Source: Pirellulales bacterium
Lineage (GTDB): Bacteria > Planctomycetota > Planctomycetia > Pirellulales > JALHPA01
Reading direction: 5' to 3'
Length of the DNA: 64,000 nt
NCBI GenBank assembly: GCA_040901795.1
Contig: JBBDYH010000130.1
Span: forward strand, 16,881-80,880
Part shown: in pieces, positions 1 through 8,086 of the stretch
How positions within the stretch are numbered: position 1 is the first letter of the stretch
Layout of the letters: each line of letters opens with the position of its first letter
Notes under the pieces: model-generated
Seen by the model: the letters and a program-made list of their open reading frames with translations, nothing else
Databases searched by the model: none
What the model was told of the DNA's origin: nothing
Program-made: the position numbers and the translations under genes

Positions 1-1168
1 GCTTTGAGATCGGCTTGACGGGCGGGTCGCGCCGCAGCTCGTACGAGAAGGCGCCGAGTAAACCGCCGCGCTCCGCAGTATGACAGTCGAGGCACTGCCT
101 GGTCGCACGCACCGCACCGAGCATGTGAATCCGATTGAGCGTGGCCTCTGCGGCAAGTTCATCGCCGCTTTGCAAGGTTTGCAGGGCCTTTCGCTCAAAA
201 TCGCTTAATTCGCGAATCCGGGTCTGATTCAGCTCCGTCATCCGCGGAAGGTGGTCGGATACATAGACTACAGGCTTGTCGTGCTTGAGCAGGCTGACGA
301 GCTCCAACCGCGTGACCTGCCACGGATGCTTCGGATCTGGTTCGGCTGGACGCCGATCTTCCTTCGAAGCGCGCGGCTCGACGAGCGTCGGCAAATAGCT
401 GAAGGCATGCCCTCCGAAGCCGGCCACGTGCTCTTTGTCCTTGACGACGCCCCAGCCGGAAACGCTCAAGAAACCTGAACTGCCCCCTAGGTGAAATACG
501 CGGAGCATCGACAGCGAGGGAAGCCGGCTGGGCGCTTCGCCGCGGTCGGGGAGCGTGGAAGGGATCGGCATAAGCCGGGCGCCATCTTGTTCGAGCGCCT
601 CGGATGACACGCTGGCAAACTGGATCGGCGGAGACTCCGGCAGTTCCAGATGATTCGGCGTTGGCGTGGGCAGCCGCGCTAATCCAAACCCTTCTCGGCT
701 GATGAACTGCTCCACGCGATCGGAATGCAACGCTTGAAGCGCGCGGGTGCGAAGATCGAAGCGACGTTGCGACTCGATGGAGGCTTCCATCGTGTCGAGC
801 GCCTTCTTCGCCGCCTCAGAGAGCGGTTGCGCATGGGCGATCACGCGAACGCTGTTGCCGTTCCCGCGTTTGTCTTCATAGGCCAACCGCTCGGCAAGTG
901 AGGCAAAACCAAACCGTTTGCGCAGCTTCTCGGCGTCCCAGGAGACAGGGCTGCCGTGATTTCGGACGAGACGGGGGACCGTCACGCTGACGGCATCGGC
1001 ATCCACGATTTGATCTTCGTTAGCCGGAGCCAAAACCGCTTGCCACATCGCCCATGCGAACGCAATTGCCATCAGTGGGCCGGCTTGATTCAATGTCCGC
1101 CTCAACCAGCGCCGAAGACCGTGCCCCAAACCAGGTACAGCCGTCTCAACCGAGGATTTCAATCGCAT
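1..1168 (-). CDS. hypothetical protein with DUF3365-like c-type haem (CXXCH) domain; 3-prime end lies outside the window
   Basis: Absent from the ORF track because there is no stop in the window. My reverse-strand translation from ATG 1168-1166 reads MRLKSSVETAVPGLGHGLRRW... and stays open to position 1. It ends ...ELSDFERKALQTLQSGDELAAEATLNRIHMLGAVRATRQCLDCHTAERGGLLGAFSYELRR. CLDCH is a CXXCH motif in the context I associate with DUF3365/Tll0287-like domains. Confidence 0.55.
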   Translation of the reverse strand, partial: MRLKSSVETAVPGLGHGLRRWLRRTLNQAGPLMAIAFAWAMWQAVLAPANEDQIVDADAVSVTVPRLVRNHGSPVSWDAEKLRKRFGFASLAERLAYEDKRGNGNSVRVIAHAQPLSEAAKKALDTMEASIESQRRFDLRTRALQALHSDRVEQFISREGFGLARLPTPTPNHLELPESPPIQFASVSSEALEQDGARLMPIPSTLPDRGEAPSRLPSLSMLRVFHLGGSSGFLSVSGWGVVKDKEHVAGFGGHAFSYLPTLVEPRASKEDRRPAEPDPKHPWQVTRLELVSLLKHDKPVVYVSDHLPRMTELNQTRIRELSDFERKALQTLQSGDELAAEATLNRIHMLGAVRATRQCLDCHTAERGGLLGAFSYELRRDPPVKPISK

Positions 1169-1539
1169 GATCCAATCTCCTGGCTCGAAGCGTTTGTCGC
1201 TAAGACAGCACGATTGTAGGGCGAGTTCGAATCGGCGCGTGTAACTGCTCGGTAACAAAGGGCGCAAATTCGCTGCATAGCCATCGAGACAGTGTCGTCG
1301 CGGCTTCGGCAAGCGACCTCGGGACGGCTACGTGGCAAAAGCCTTTCAACGCCAATTCGTTGCCAAGGCAGGTCCCCGGCGCTACAATGCGGCAGTCCGC
1401 ATGGCTGGCGGCGGGCGCGTCGCAGGGAACAGGAGGCGTCTCTTACCACGGATCTTCGTGGGCAAGCGCTTTCCGGCGCGTCGTTGCGCAGAAGGACGTA
1501 CACCTCCATTCCACTGCTACGCGAGTTGGGAGCGGTTCC

Positions 1540-3873
1540 ATGCGATGCGGACGCTGGTTCGAGTTGGCCTGCCTGGTCACATTCTTATTGCTCCTTCCGA
1601 CGGCGAAGGGACAGACTCTCAGCCTGGAGCCGATTGTCACCAGCGGCATCGCCAACCCGATGTTTGTGACCTCGCCACCGGGCGATCCCAGCCGACTGTT
1701 TGTTGCCGAGCGCTCCGGCAGGATCCGCATCATTGACCTGGCGACGAACACCGTCAGTCCAACGCCGTTTCTGAGCATCCCCGTCTCAACCGATGGTGAG
1801 CGCGGCCTGCTGGGCATGTCGTTCGATCCCGAGTACGCCACGAACGGTCGCTTCTACGTGAACTACACCGTAGCGTCGGGCGCAGACGTTGGCGATCTCG
1901 TCATCGCCCGTTACACGGCCAACGGCGATCCGCTGACCGCCACGACGGCCAACCCGGCCGAATTCCGCTTGCTGCGTCTGGACCGGCCGAGCACCAGCAC
2001 CTCGAACCACAATGGCGGCTGGATCGGATTCAGTCCAAACAATCCGAACAACTTGTACATCGCGGTCGGCGATGGCGGCGGCGGGAACGACACTTTTAAC
2101 ACCGCGCAGAACCTCAATTCGCCGCACGGCAAGATGCTGCGGATCGACGTCAATAATCCCAGTGGCGGACAGAATTACGGCATCCCGGCCGGGAACCCCT
2201 TTGCGACCGGTGGCGGGCTGCCCGAGATCTGGTCGGTAGGGTTGCGGAATCCCTGGCGGAACAGCTTCGATCGGGAGACGGGTGATTTGTGGATCGCCGA
2301 CGTAGGACAGAGCGCGCGGGAGGAAATCGATTTTCAGCCGGCGGACGCTCCCGGTGGTCTCAACTACGGCTGGGCATTTCGCGAGGGTGACATCGCCGGA
2401 CCGAAGGCGCCGCCAACGCCCACGCCCGCCACTGTCAATCCCATACACGTGTTGCCTCGCAGCCAAGGCGCCTCGGTCACCGGCGGCTATGTTTATCGCG
2501 GCGGCATCGAGAGCTTGCAGGGAACGTATCTGTTTGGCGACTTTATCAGCGGTCGCACTTGGACGCTCAAGTACGACGGCGCCACGGTGGGTGGCCTGAC
2601 CGAACGGACCAGTCAACTGGATCCCGACGGCGCCGGCGCATTTGGCTGGGGCGGTCGGTTGGCCAGTTTCGGCGAAGACGCCAACGGCGAGCTGTACATG
2701 GTCGCGCTCACCTCGGTTGGCGGCAATGGCGCGATTTACCGCGTGGCATCCGTGCTGACCTGGAACGTCGATGCCGACGGAAACTGGTCGCTCGCCGCGA
2801 ACTGGACGGGCGCGGTTCCCAATGCCGCCGGCGCCAGGGCAGTGTTTGGCAGCGCCATACGAGCGCCGCGAACGGTGACGCTCGATGTACCCATTACGCT
2901 TGGCCGCCTCGATTTCGACAGCGCCAGCGCATACACGGTCGCCGGCGCCAGCGCGCTTTCGTTCGACGTCACCAACGGCGCCGCGCAGCTCAACGTGACG
3001 CGCGGTAACCACACGATCGGCGCCCCGCTCATGCTAGCCGACAACACGGTGATCAGCGTATCGCCCGCCAGCAATTTGTCGCTCCAAGGGGGTGTGAGCG
3101 CCGACGGAGTCAACCTGGCAAAGGCCGGCGCCGGTACGCTTGTGTTGAACCAGATCGAAGCCGCCGGACTATCCATCAACGCCGGCAGCGTGCAGATCGC
3201 TTCCGCTGCCGGCGCGCCAGGAACAAGTCCGTCGGTGTTAGGCGCTCTCTCCATCGCCGGCGGCACCGCGCCGACGGGGAGGCTCGATTTGACGGACAAC
3301 GCGATGGTCATCGATTACAGCGGCGCCAGTTCCGTCGCCACCGTCCGCCAGCAGATTATCACCGGTCGTGGCGGGCCAGGCCTGGGCGGGAGCTGGAATG
3401 GTACTGGCATCACCAGCAGCACTGCCGCGGCCGCCAACGCCACGGCGCCGGACTCGCGCTCGGTCGGCTATGCGGAGAACAGCAGCTTGCCGCTGGGCAG
3501 CTATACTTCGTTCCGCGGTCAACCGGTCGATGACACGTCGCTACTCTTGACCTATGCGCGCACGGGCGACGCAAACCTGGATGGAGTCGTCAACGACGAC
3601 GACGTGACGATCGTCGGCGCCACCTACGCGCCCGGTGTGCCGCAACCGCACTGGGGCCTCGGGGACTTTGACTACAACGGCTTTGTGGATGACGATGACG
3701 TCACGCTGTTGGGAGTGTTTTACGATCCCAGCGCGACCCCGCTGACCGCCGCCGCACAAGGCCAATCGACCGTGGCGCCTGTTCCGGAGCCTTCGACGCT
3801 TTTGCTGCTCACCTGCTGCCTTGCTTTTCTTCTCACCCCGCGGCTGGCACCTCGAAGGTGGTCACCGAAATAG
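1540..3873 (+). CDS. secreted PQQ-dependent sugar dehydrogenase-like beta-propeller fused to autotransporter-type beta-strand repeats, dockerin-like repeats and a PEP-CTERM anchor
   Basis: ORF 1360..3873; the likely start is the in-frame ATG at 1540 (MRCGRWFELACLVTFLLLLPTAKGQT signal peptide). SGDH-type motifs: LFVAERSGRIRIID, GLLGMSFDPEY, HNGGWIGF, GLRNPWR. Also WNVDADGNWSLAANW...LGRLDFDS repeats, DANLDGVVNDDDV / DFDYNGFVDDDDV, and a C-terminal VPEPSTLLLLTCCLAFLL plus basic tail. Confidence 0.8.
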   Translation: MRCGRWFELACLVTFLLLLPTAKGQTLSLEPIVTSGIANPMFVTSPPGDPSRLFVAERSGRIRIIDLATNTVSPTPFLSIPVSTDGERGLLGMSFDPEYATNGRFYVNYTVASGADVGDLVIARYTANGDPLTATTANPAEFRLLRLDRPSTSTSNHNGGWIGFSPNNPNNLYIAVGDGGGGNDTFNTAQNLNSPHGKMLRIDVNNPSGGQNYGIPAGNPFATGGGLPEIWSVGLRNPWRNSFDRETGDLWIADVGQSAREEIDFQPADAPGGLNYGWAFREGDIAGPKAPPTPTPATVNPIHVLPRSQGASVTGGYVYRGGIESLQGTYLFGDFISGRTWTLKYDGATVGGLTERTSQLDPDGAGAFGWGGRLASFGEDANGELYMVALTSVGGNGAIYRVASVLTWNVDADGNWSLAANWTGAVPNAAGARAVFGSAIRAPRTVTLDVPITLGRLDFDSASAYTVAGASALSFDVTNGAAQLNVTRGNHTIGAPLMLADNTVISVSPASNLSLQGGVSADGVNLAKAGAGTLVLNQIEAAGLSINAGSVQIASAAGAPGTSPSVLGALSIAGGTAPTGRLDLTDNAMVIDYSGASSVATVRQQIITGRGGPGLGGSWNGTGITSSTAAAANATAPDSRSVGYAENSSLPLGSYTSFRGQPVDDTSLLLTYARTGDANLDGVVNDDDVTIVGATYAPGVPQPHWGLGDFDYNGFVDDDDVTLLGVFYDPSATPLTAAAQGQSTVAPVPEPSTLLLLTCCLAFLLTPRLAPRRWSPK

Positions 3874-3878
3874 GTGTT

Positions 3879-3963
3879 GGGTGGGACCAGGCCGCCGCGG
3901 CCGCGGGCCCACCACTCGGATCGGTGGGCCGTCGCCCGCCGCGGCGACGGACTCGTCCCACCC
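3879..3963. repeat. nested GGGTGGGA/GGCCCACC//GGTGGGCC/TCCCACCC element, copy 1
   Basis: The four 8-mers are at 3879-86, 3906-13, 3923-30 and 3956-63. Outer and inner pairs are perfect complements. Lies between the convergent stops 3873 and 3978. Confidence 0.85.
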
Positions 3964-3977
3964 TACCGGTCTACACG

Positions 3978-4457
3978 TTACGCCACCGGCTTTCCCAACA
4001 TCTCCCGTTTCTGCCGGATGAACTTGAGGTGATGATCCAGATGATCGGCCATGCTGACGACGTAGTCGCCCAGCGCGATCTTGCCGCGCTCGCTGTGGAT
4101 GCCGCTCCGCTGAAACGCTTCGTCGGGCAGCCGGCGCAGAATTTCGGCCGTGAGCAGGCGGTTCTTTTCGACCATCTCACAGGCCAGAGACGCCTCGAGC
4201 TCTTGATAAAACAGCCGATTTGCGAAAGCGGTCTCGTCGTAGCCAATGAGCAGCGGATTCTCCATAGCAATGATCCGCTTCATCCGATCGCCGGCGATCA
4301 GCTCGCTATCCAGCATGTGAAACACAATCTGCTGAATGCTCCACGTGCCGGGCACCGGGTAAGCGGTCAGCTCACTTTTCGTCAGCCCCTCGATGGCCGC
4401 CCCTAACGCCTTCGCATCCTTGGCATAACGCTCGATGAACGATCGGTCCATGTTCAA
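3978..4457 (-). CDS. DinB/YfiT-like metal-dependent hydrolase family protein
   Basis: 159-aa ORF. Four-helix DinB pattern with His triad context (WSIQQIVFHMLDSE ... DHLDHHLKFI). Confidence 0.8.
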   Translation of the reverse strand: MNMDRSFIERYAKDAKALGAAIEGLTKSELTAYPVPGTWSIQQIVFHMLDSELIAGDRMKRIIAMENPLLIGYDETAFANRLFYQELEASLACEMVEKNRLLTAEILRRLPDEAFQRSGIHSERGKIALGDYVVSMADHLDHHLKFIRQKREMLGKPVA

Positions 4458-4600
4458 TCCCTCGAATCCACATGCTGGCAGGAAATCGCGGTGTCACGGC
4501 CTAGACAGCGGCCGGGGCGAACAGGTTCGCGCACGGAGCCGCTCCTGGCCACGCCACCGATAACATAGGATGGACGCCCGCGGCCGAGTGGGTGGATTAC

Positions 4601-4623
4601 GTTGGCGTTCAAGCTTCAGCTTG
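4601..4623 (+). repeat. fifth copy of the 23-mer (GTTGGCGTTCAAGCTTCAGCTTG)
   Basis: Two mismatches to 46506-46528. Sits in the non-coding stretch upstream of the DinB gene. Confidence 0.8.
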
Positions 4624-5190
4624 CTGTTGCCGCCAAACGATCCGAGGGCAGGTCGGGCCTTTGTGACGGTCATTCTGCCAGACGAATCACTGCGCATCGG
4701 GACCGAATTTCGGCGAAAAATAAATAAATCCCGGATTTTGCGCAGTAATTCGGGCACTGATTGAGGACGCGACTTGGCGTAAGCTCCTGTGGCAAGCGGA
4801 GTTGGAGTCTTACTGCGCGGTCCTGGCGGCGGCACTTGTTGCGCATTTGAATGCGTCTTATTCTGCGCCGCTGGAGCCGGAGGCCGAGTTTCCTCAGTTC
4901 GCCGAGATATTGCACAGAAACGAGGGTTGAGCGGAAATAAGTTCAGTCGCCGGAGATCCACGTTTCGATGCTAACTCTTAGGCATGCCGCTGTTTCGGTC
5001 CATGGGAACGGTTGGGCGCGCCGGAGATTATTTCAATTTTGAGCGCACTTTGAAGTCGACGGATTGGAAGTGGGGGGGAACCGCCGAGGCGCCGTTCGAC
5101 CGGCGGCTCACGACAGGCCGAGACGCAGAGCAAAATCCGGGAGGCCCTAAACGCGACAGCGCACGCTGGCTGGTCGCAGAAGCGGATTGT

Positions 5191-5280
5191 CGAATTGTCA
5201 AAGAGCGGAGTGGCGGGGGGCGAGTACCTTAGTGGTCATTTGTATAAACGATAAATGGCACAGTTGTCAAGGGGGGCAGG
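5191..5280. repeat. copy A of a ~90-bp dispersed direct repeat (CGAATTGTCAARGAGCGGAG...TAGTGGTCAT...GTGGCACRGTTGTCAAGGGGGG)
   Basis: Aligned by eye to 5766..5857. On the minus strand it reads TTGACA-N18-TATACA. Confidence 0.85.
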
Positions 5281-5765
5281 CGATTCGTGTCGGTTGAAGT
5301 TGCGCGCCAAAGCACGCCAGTTGTTGTCCGCAGATTTCGCCGATGGACGCCAATTGGGGCAGGGACGATTGTGCAATGCGGTTTTGATCCCGTCTTGCGC
5401 GCCATCTTGCAGTGCGTCGTGGGCGGAGTGCGCGGAAAATCACGCAGAAGGCACACAAATTCGCGCCTGGTTCGGAGTCCAATCGGCGCCAAGTTCTCTC
5501 GCGGGTTAAGCTTGCGAAGCGCAAGGGTGCTGCGGGTGCAGGGGGAATTCAGGGACGAAACGGCGCATGGCGAGCGGGAAAACGTTGCTTGTTTGGATCG
5601 GGTAGGACTTTCGAGCCTCTTGGTCGGAAATGTTTCACGCCAAGCCGCAAAGACGCCAAGAGGATTCAACACGGACACGCTGAATTAGCGCGCCAATCAG
5701 CGCCAATCGACGCGACAGCGACGTGATCCGCGGCAGGCGAGCGAACGCCGGGAAATGACCCTCTA

Positions 5766-5857
5766 CGAATTGTCAAGGAGCGGAGCGGCCCGGTTGAGCG
5801 ACATAGTGGTCATCAGTATATACACTAGAAGTGGCACGGTTGTCAAGGGGGGGAAGG
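5766..5857. repeat. copy B of the ~90-bp direct repeat
   Basis: Same conserved blocks as 5191..5280. The minus strand reads TTGACA-N17/18-(G)TATATA. It lies ~80 nt beyond the 3-prime end of the Y1 transposase ORF. Confidence 0.85.
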
Positions 5858-5938
5858 CTCAACAGAAGATAACGAATCGAACGAAGAAGAGGATCCGCGA
5901 ATCGGCCACAGATATACGCTGATGGACACAGATAACGG

Positions 5939-6796
5939 TCAAACGCGGGCCGAAACAATGCCGGCCGATGAATCGTCCGGGCCATGAGCTGAAGCAAGCC
6001 TTGCTGCGACTATGACCAATGGCTTATGTGCGTGGCATTCGGCTACGTACCAAGTTTGCCCCCAACGTGCCGCGCTAAATGTACCTGTCCCCTTTTTCCG
6101 CCCGATGACGGATTTGCGTGGCCGGCCGCGCGGGCGGATGGTCAAGTCCAGCTTCAGCCGTTTGGCCAATCGCTTGACCCACGCCTCGTCGCCGTACGGC
6201 AGGCCCGTGGCGCTGGAACGGCGAATAGCGTCGACGATTTCTTTATCCATCGGCAGATGCACCTTCTCCGCCCATTTCCGTTGCCGCACCTTGGCCAGCG
6301 GCGATAGCTCGTCGTAGGTGATCAGCGGATCGATGAGGTCGTCCGCTTCGCCCAGGCCGTGCATCCGGTAACTGCTCCAGGGGTACTCGTCCGCGCGCTT
6401 CACCAGCGATGCGCGCAACGGGTTGGCCTCGATGTACCGCAATACCGCGAGCAGGTGCTCGTCGGTTTGGATCACGGGACTCTTGAAGCGTCCCTGCCAG
6501 ACATGACCGCCCGAGCGGTAGTGGCGATGGTATCGCTGCGTGTGCGAAACCAGCAGGCTCTGCATGATCCGGCTAATTGTCGAGCCGGTCGGCCGCAGCA
6601 GCAGGTGAAAATGGTTGTTCAAGAGGCAGTAGCCATAAAGCTCAAACGGCTTGCGCTCTTTAAGCTCGGCCAGCGCCGACCGAAAGGCCTGGAAGTCGGC
6701 CGGCTTATGGAAGACGTCCTGCCGGTTGTTGCCACGATTGATCACGTGGTAGACGAGGCCATCGTCAATCGGGCGCAAGGGTCGGGGCATGCCCAC
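5939..6796 (-). CDS. IS200/RAYT-like Y1 (HUH) tyrosine transposase
   Basis: 285-aa ORF (GTG 6796 or ATG 6790). YHVINRGNNRQDVF, HUH motif NNHFHLLLRP, VWQGRF, and the catalytic-Tyr helix RYIEANPLRA. A basic RPRGRPRK tail follows. The last ~60 aa look like read-through into repeat DNA. Confidence 0.8.
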   Translation of the reverse strand: MGMPRPLRPIDDGLVYHVINRGNNRQDVFHKPADFQAFRSALAELKERKPFELYGYCLLNNHFHLLLRPTGSTISRIMQSLLVSHTQRYHRHYRSGGHVWQGRFKSPVIQTDEHLLAVLRYIEANPLRASLVKRADEYPWSSYRMHGLGEADDLIDPLITYDELSPLAKVRQRKWAEKVHLPMDKEIVDAIRRSSATGLPYGDEAWVKRLAKRLKLDLTIRPRGRPRKSVIGRKKGTGTFSAARWGQTWYVAECHAHKPLVIVAARLASAHGPDDSSAGIVSARV

Positions 6797-6834
6797 AGGC
6801 TACCAGAACCGCCGTTGCCAGTCAACTAAAATCG

Positions 6835-6995
6835 TTCTGACCCCTTTTCAAGTCATTCTGACCCCTTTTCAAGTCATTCTGACCCCTTTTCTCTTCAGTT
6901 CTGACCCCTTTTCTCTTTCAGTTCTGACCCGTTTTCTTTTCTTTTTCCTGCTGACCCCTTTTTCCGTGCCGTGTGACCCCTTTTTCCGCCCTTTT
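6835..6995 (+). repeat. array of seven direct (T)TCTGACCCCTTTT repeats, iteron-like, directly upstream of the Y1 transposase start
   Basis: Core CTGACCCCTTTT starts at 6837, 6858, 6879, 6901, 6924 (CTGACCCGTTTT), 6951 and 6973 (GTGACCCC). Spacings are 21, 21, 22, 23, 27 and 22 bp. A related CTGTCCCCTTTTT sits at 6085-6097 inside the 3-prime part of the same gene. Confidence 0.9.
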
Positions 6996-7029
6996 TCCAT
7001 TTCGCCTCTGTCCGGTTTGACCGCGTGGA

Positions 7030-7506
7030 TTAGCGGCGGCATCGGATTGCAACACGACGAATGTTTTTACCCGGTGCTGAATTATCTAACTCGAGTGTTC
7101 CATTTAACACCTTGGTGCAGGCGCGAACGGTGAGTCCATCGTAAGTCTCGACCAATAATTCTTTGAATCCGTCCCACTTAATTGCGCCCAGTGTGTACTC
7201 CTCGGAACGAACACGAGATGCAAGGCGCTCAAACGTTACATGTTCAATAAAGGCGAACACCAGTCTTGCTTTCCACCTGGGAGTTACTTTCCAACAGAGT
7301 GGACCAAGTAGGGGCTCAAAGTATCCTCGATTCCAGTCGGGCCACCAGACCTCACAACAAAGCGTATTTGTAGATGAGCGGTACTCAATGGAACGATATG
7401 GCAAGACCGCATCGCGAAGCAAGTCCGAGCATTGCGCGAGTGTATCCACATCGTTAATCACGATTTGGCGACCCGCCCCCGTTTCGGAGTCCATCATGAC
7501 CGACAC
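7030..7506 (-). CDS. hypothetical protein, candidate immunity protein for the RHS C-terminal tail
   Basis: 158-aa ORF, 20 nt downstream of the RHS stop on the same strand. G+C looks lower by eye. No family recognised. Confidence 0.5.
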   Translation of the reverse strand: MSVMMDSETGAGRQIVINDVDTLAQCSDLLRDAVLPYRSIEYRSSTNTLCCEVWWPDWNRGYFEPLLGPLCWKVTPRWKARLVFAFIEHVTFERLASRVRSEEYTLGAIKWDGFKELLVETYDGLTVRACTKVLNGTLELDNSAPGKNIRRVAIRCRR

Positions 7507-7528
7507 CTCGATGGGTATGGTGTAATCA

Positions 7529-8086
7529 ACGCCAGGGCCAATGATGCCATCCTAGGGGTGGCGAATCGATATGTGGAGTTCTAGGGCCGCCAGGACGAAT
7601 GGGGTGGAAATCGATGCGAATTATTGGTGGACTTCCGGTCGGACGAATCTGGAATATCCCACCGCTTCCAAGCCTTCCGCCGCCCAAGAGCCCTTCGACG
7701 AGAATCGATTGATTTCCGAAGAAGACAACCTCTGCGACACCAACGGCAGCGGCAGCAGCCGTGAACACGGTAGCTGTGCCGAGCGCGACGTTCACTCCTG
7801 TGCGATAACCAGGGGCGTCCTTCGTCTGGCCGAATACGCCTTCGTCATAGGCCTCCTGATAGAGTTGATTGGCATAACTATCGTCGTCGCCGCCCCAAAT
7901 GTCGGCCCCGATCGCCCCAGCGCCCGTCTGAATGGAATCAAGGCTCTGTCCAATGGAATCCCAAAAACCCTCTGGGATATTGGGCTTCGTGGGAACGGCG
8001 AAAATAGGAGGCGGGGTCAGGTCAATCCTGACCAACGGAATCCGAACCTGAAATACGGTCACAGCGAACTCAAATACGGGAAACGC
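7529..8086 (-). other. 186-aa variable C-terminal tail (putative toxin domain) of the RHS protein
   Basis: Begins right after ...TDPDG. Contains the hydrophobic stretch GTATVFTAAAAAVGVAEVVFFGNQSILVEGLLGGG and ends IIRIDFHPIRPGGPRTPHIDSPPLGWHHWPWR. Confidence 0.5.

Noticed and set aside
1786-3012. Long antisense or alternative-frame ORFs throughout the track (e.g. 1786..3012-, 7571..8968+, 11034..12290+, 17237..18190-, 26139..27173-, 29190..30305-, 43311..44492+, 50152..51384-, 51222..52241-, 53483..54406-).
   Set aside because: Each lies opposite or out of frame to a gene with clear family motifs. Their products are Arg/Ala/Gly/Pro-rich low-complexity sequence, as expected from stop-codon-poor high-G+C DNA.
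4494-5688. ORFs 4494..4961-, 4984..5232+, 5229..5678- and 5287..5688+ in the gene-free stretch.
   Set aside because: They are mutually overlapping with basic, low-complexity products and they cross repeat copies. No motif was recognised. The region is more plausibly non-coding or decayed mobile DNA.
6835-6995. Whether the phased repeat arrays (this one, the GGGAGACT arrays, the 30-mer pair) could be CRISPR arrays.
   Set aside because: The units are 7-30 nt with no unique spacers of CRISPR size, and there are only 2-7 copies. No cas genes are present in the window.
7529-7560. Assigning the RHS tail to the WHH/AHH-type HNH/EndoVII nuclease families because of GWHHWPW.
   Set aside because: In those families the xHH motif is followed by roughly 20-40 more residues carrying further metal ligands. 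Here the protein stops 4 residues after HH. The resemblance is too short to support a call.
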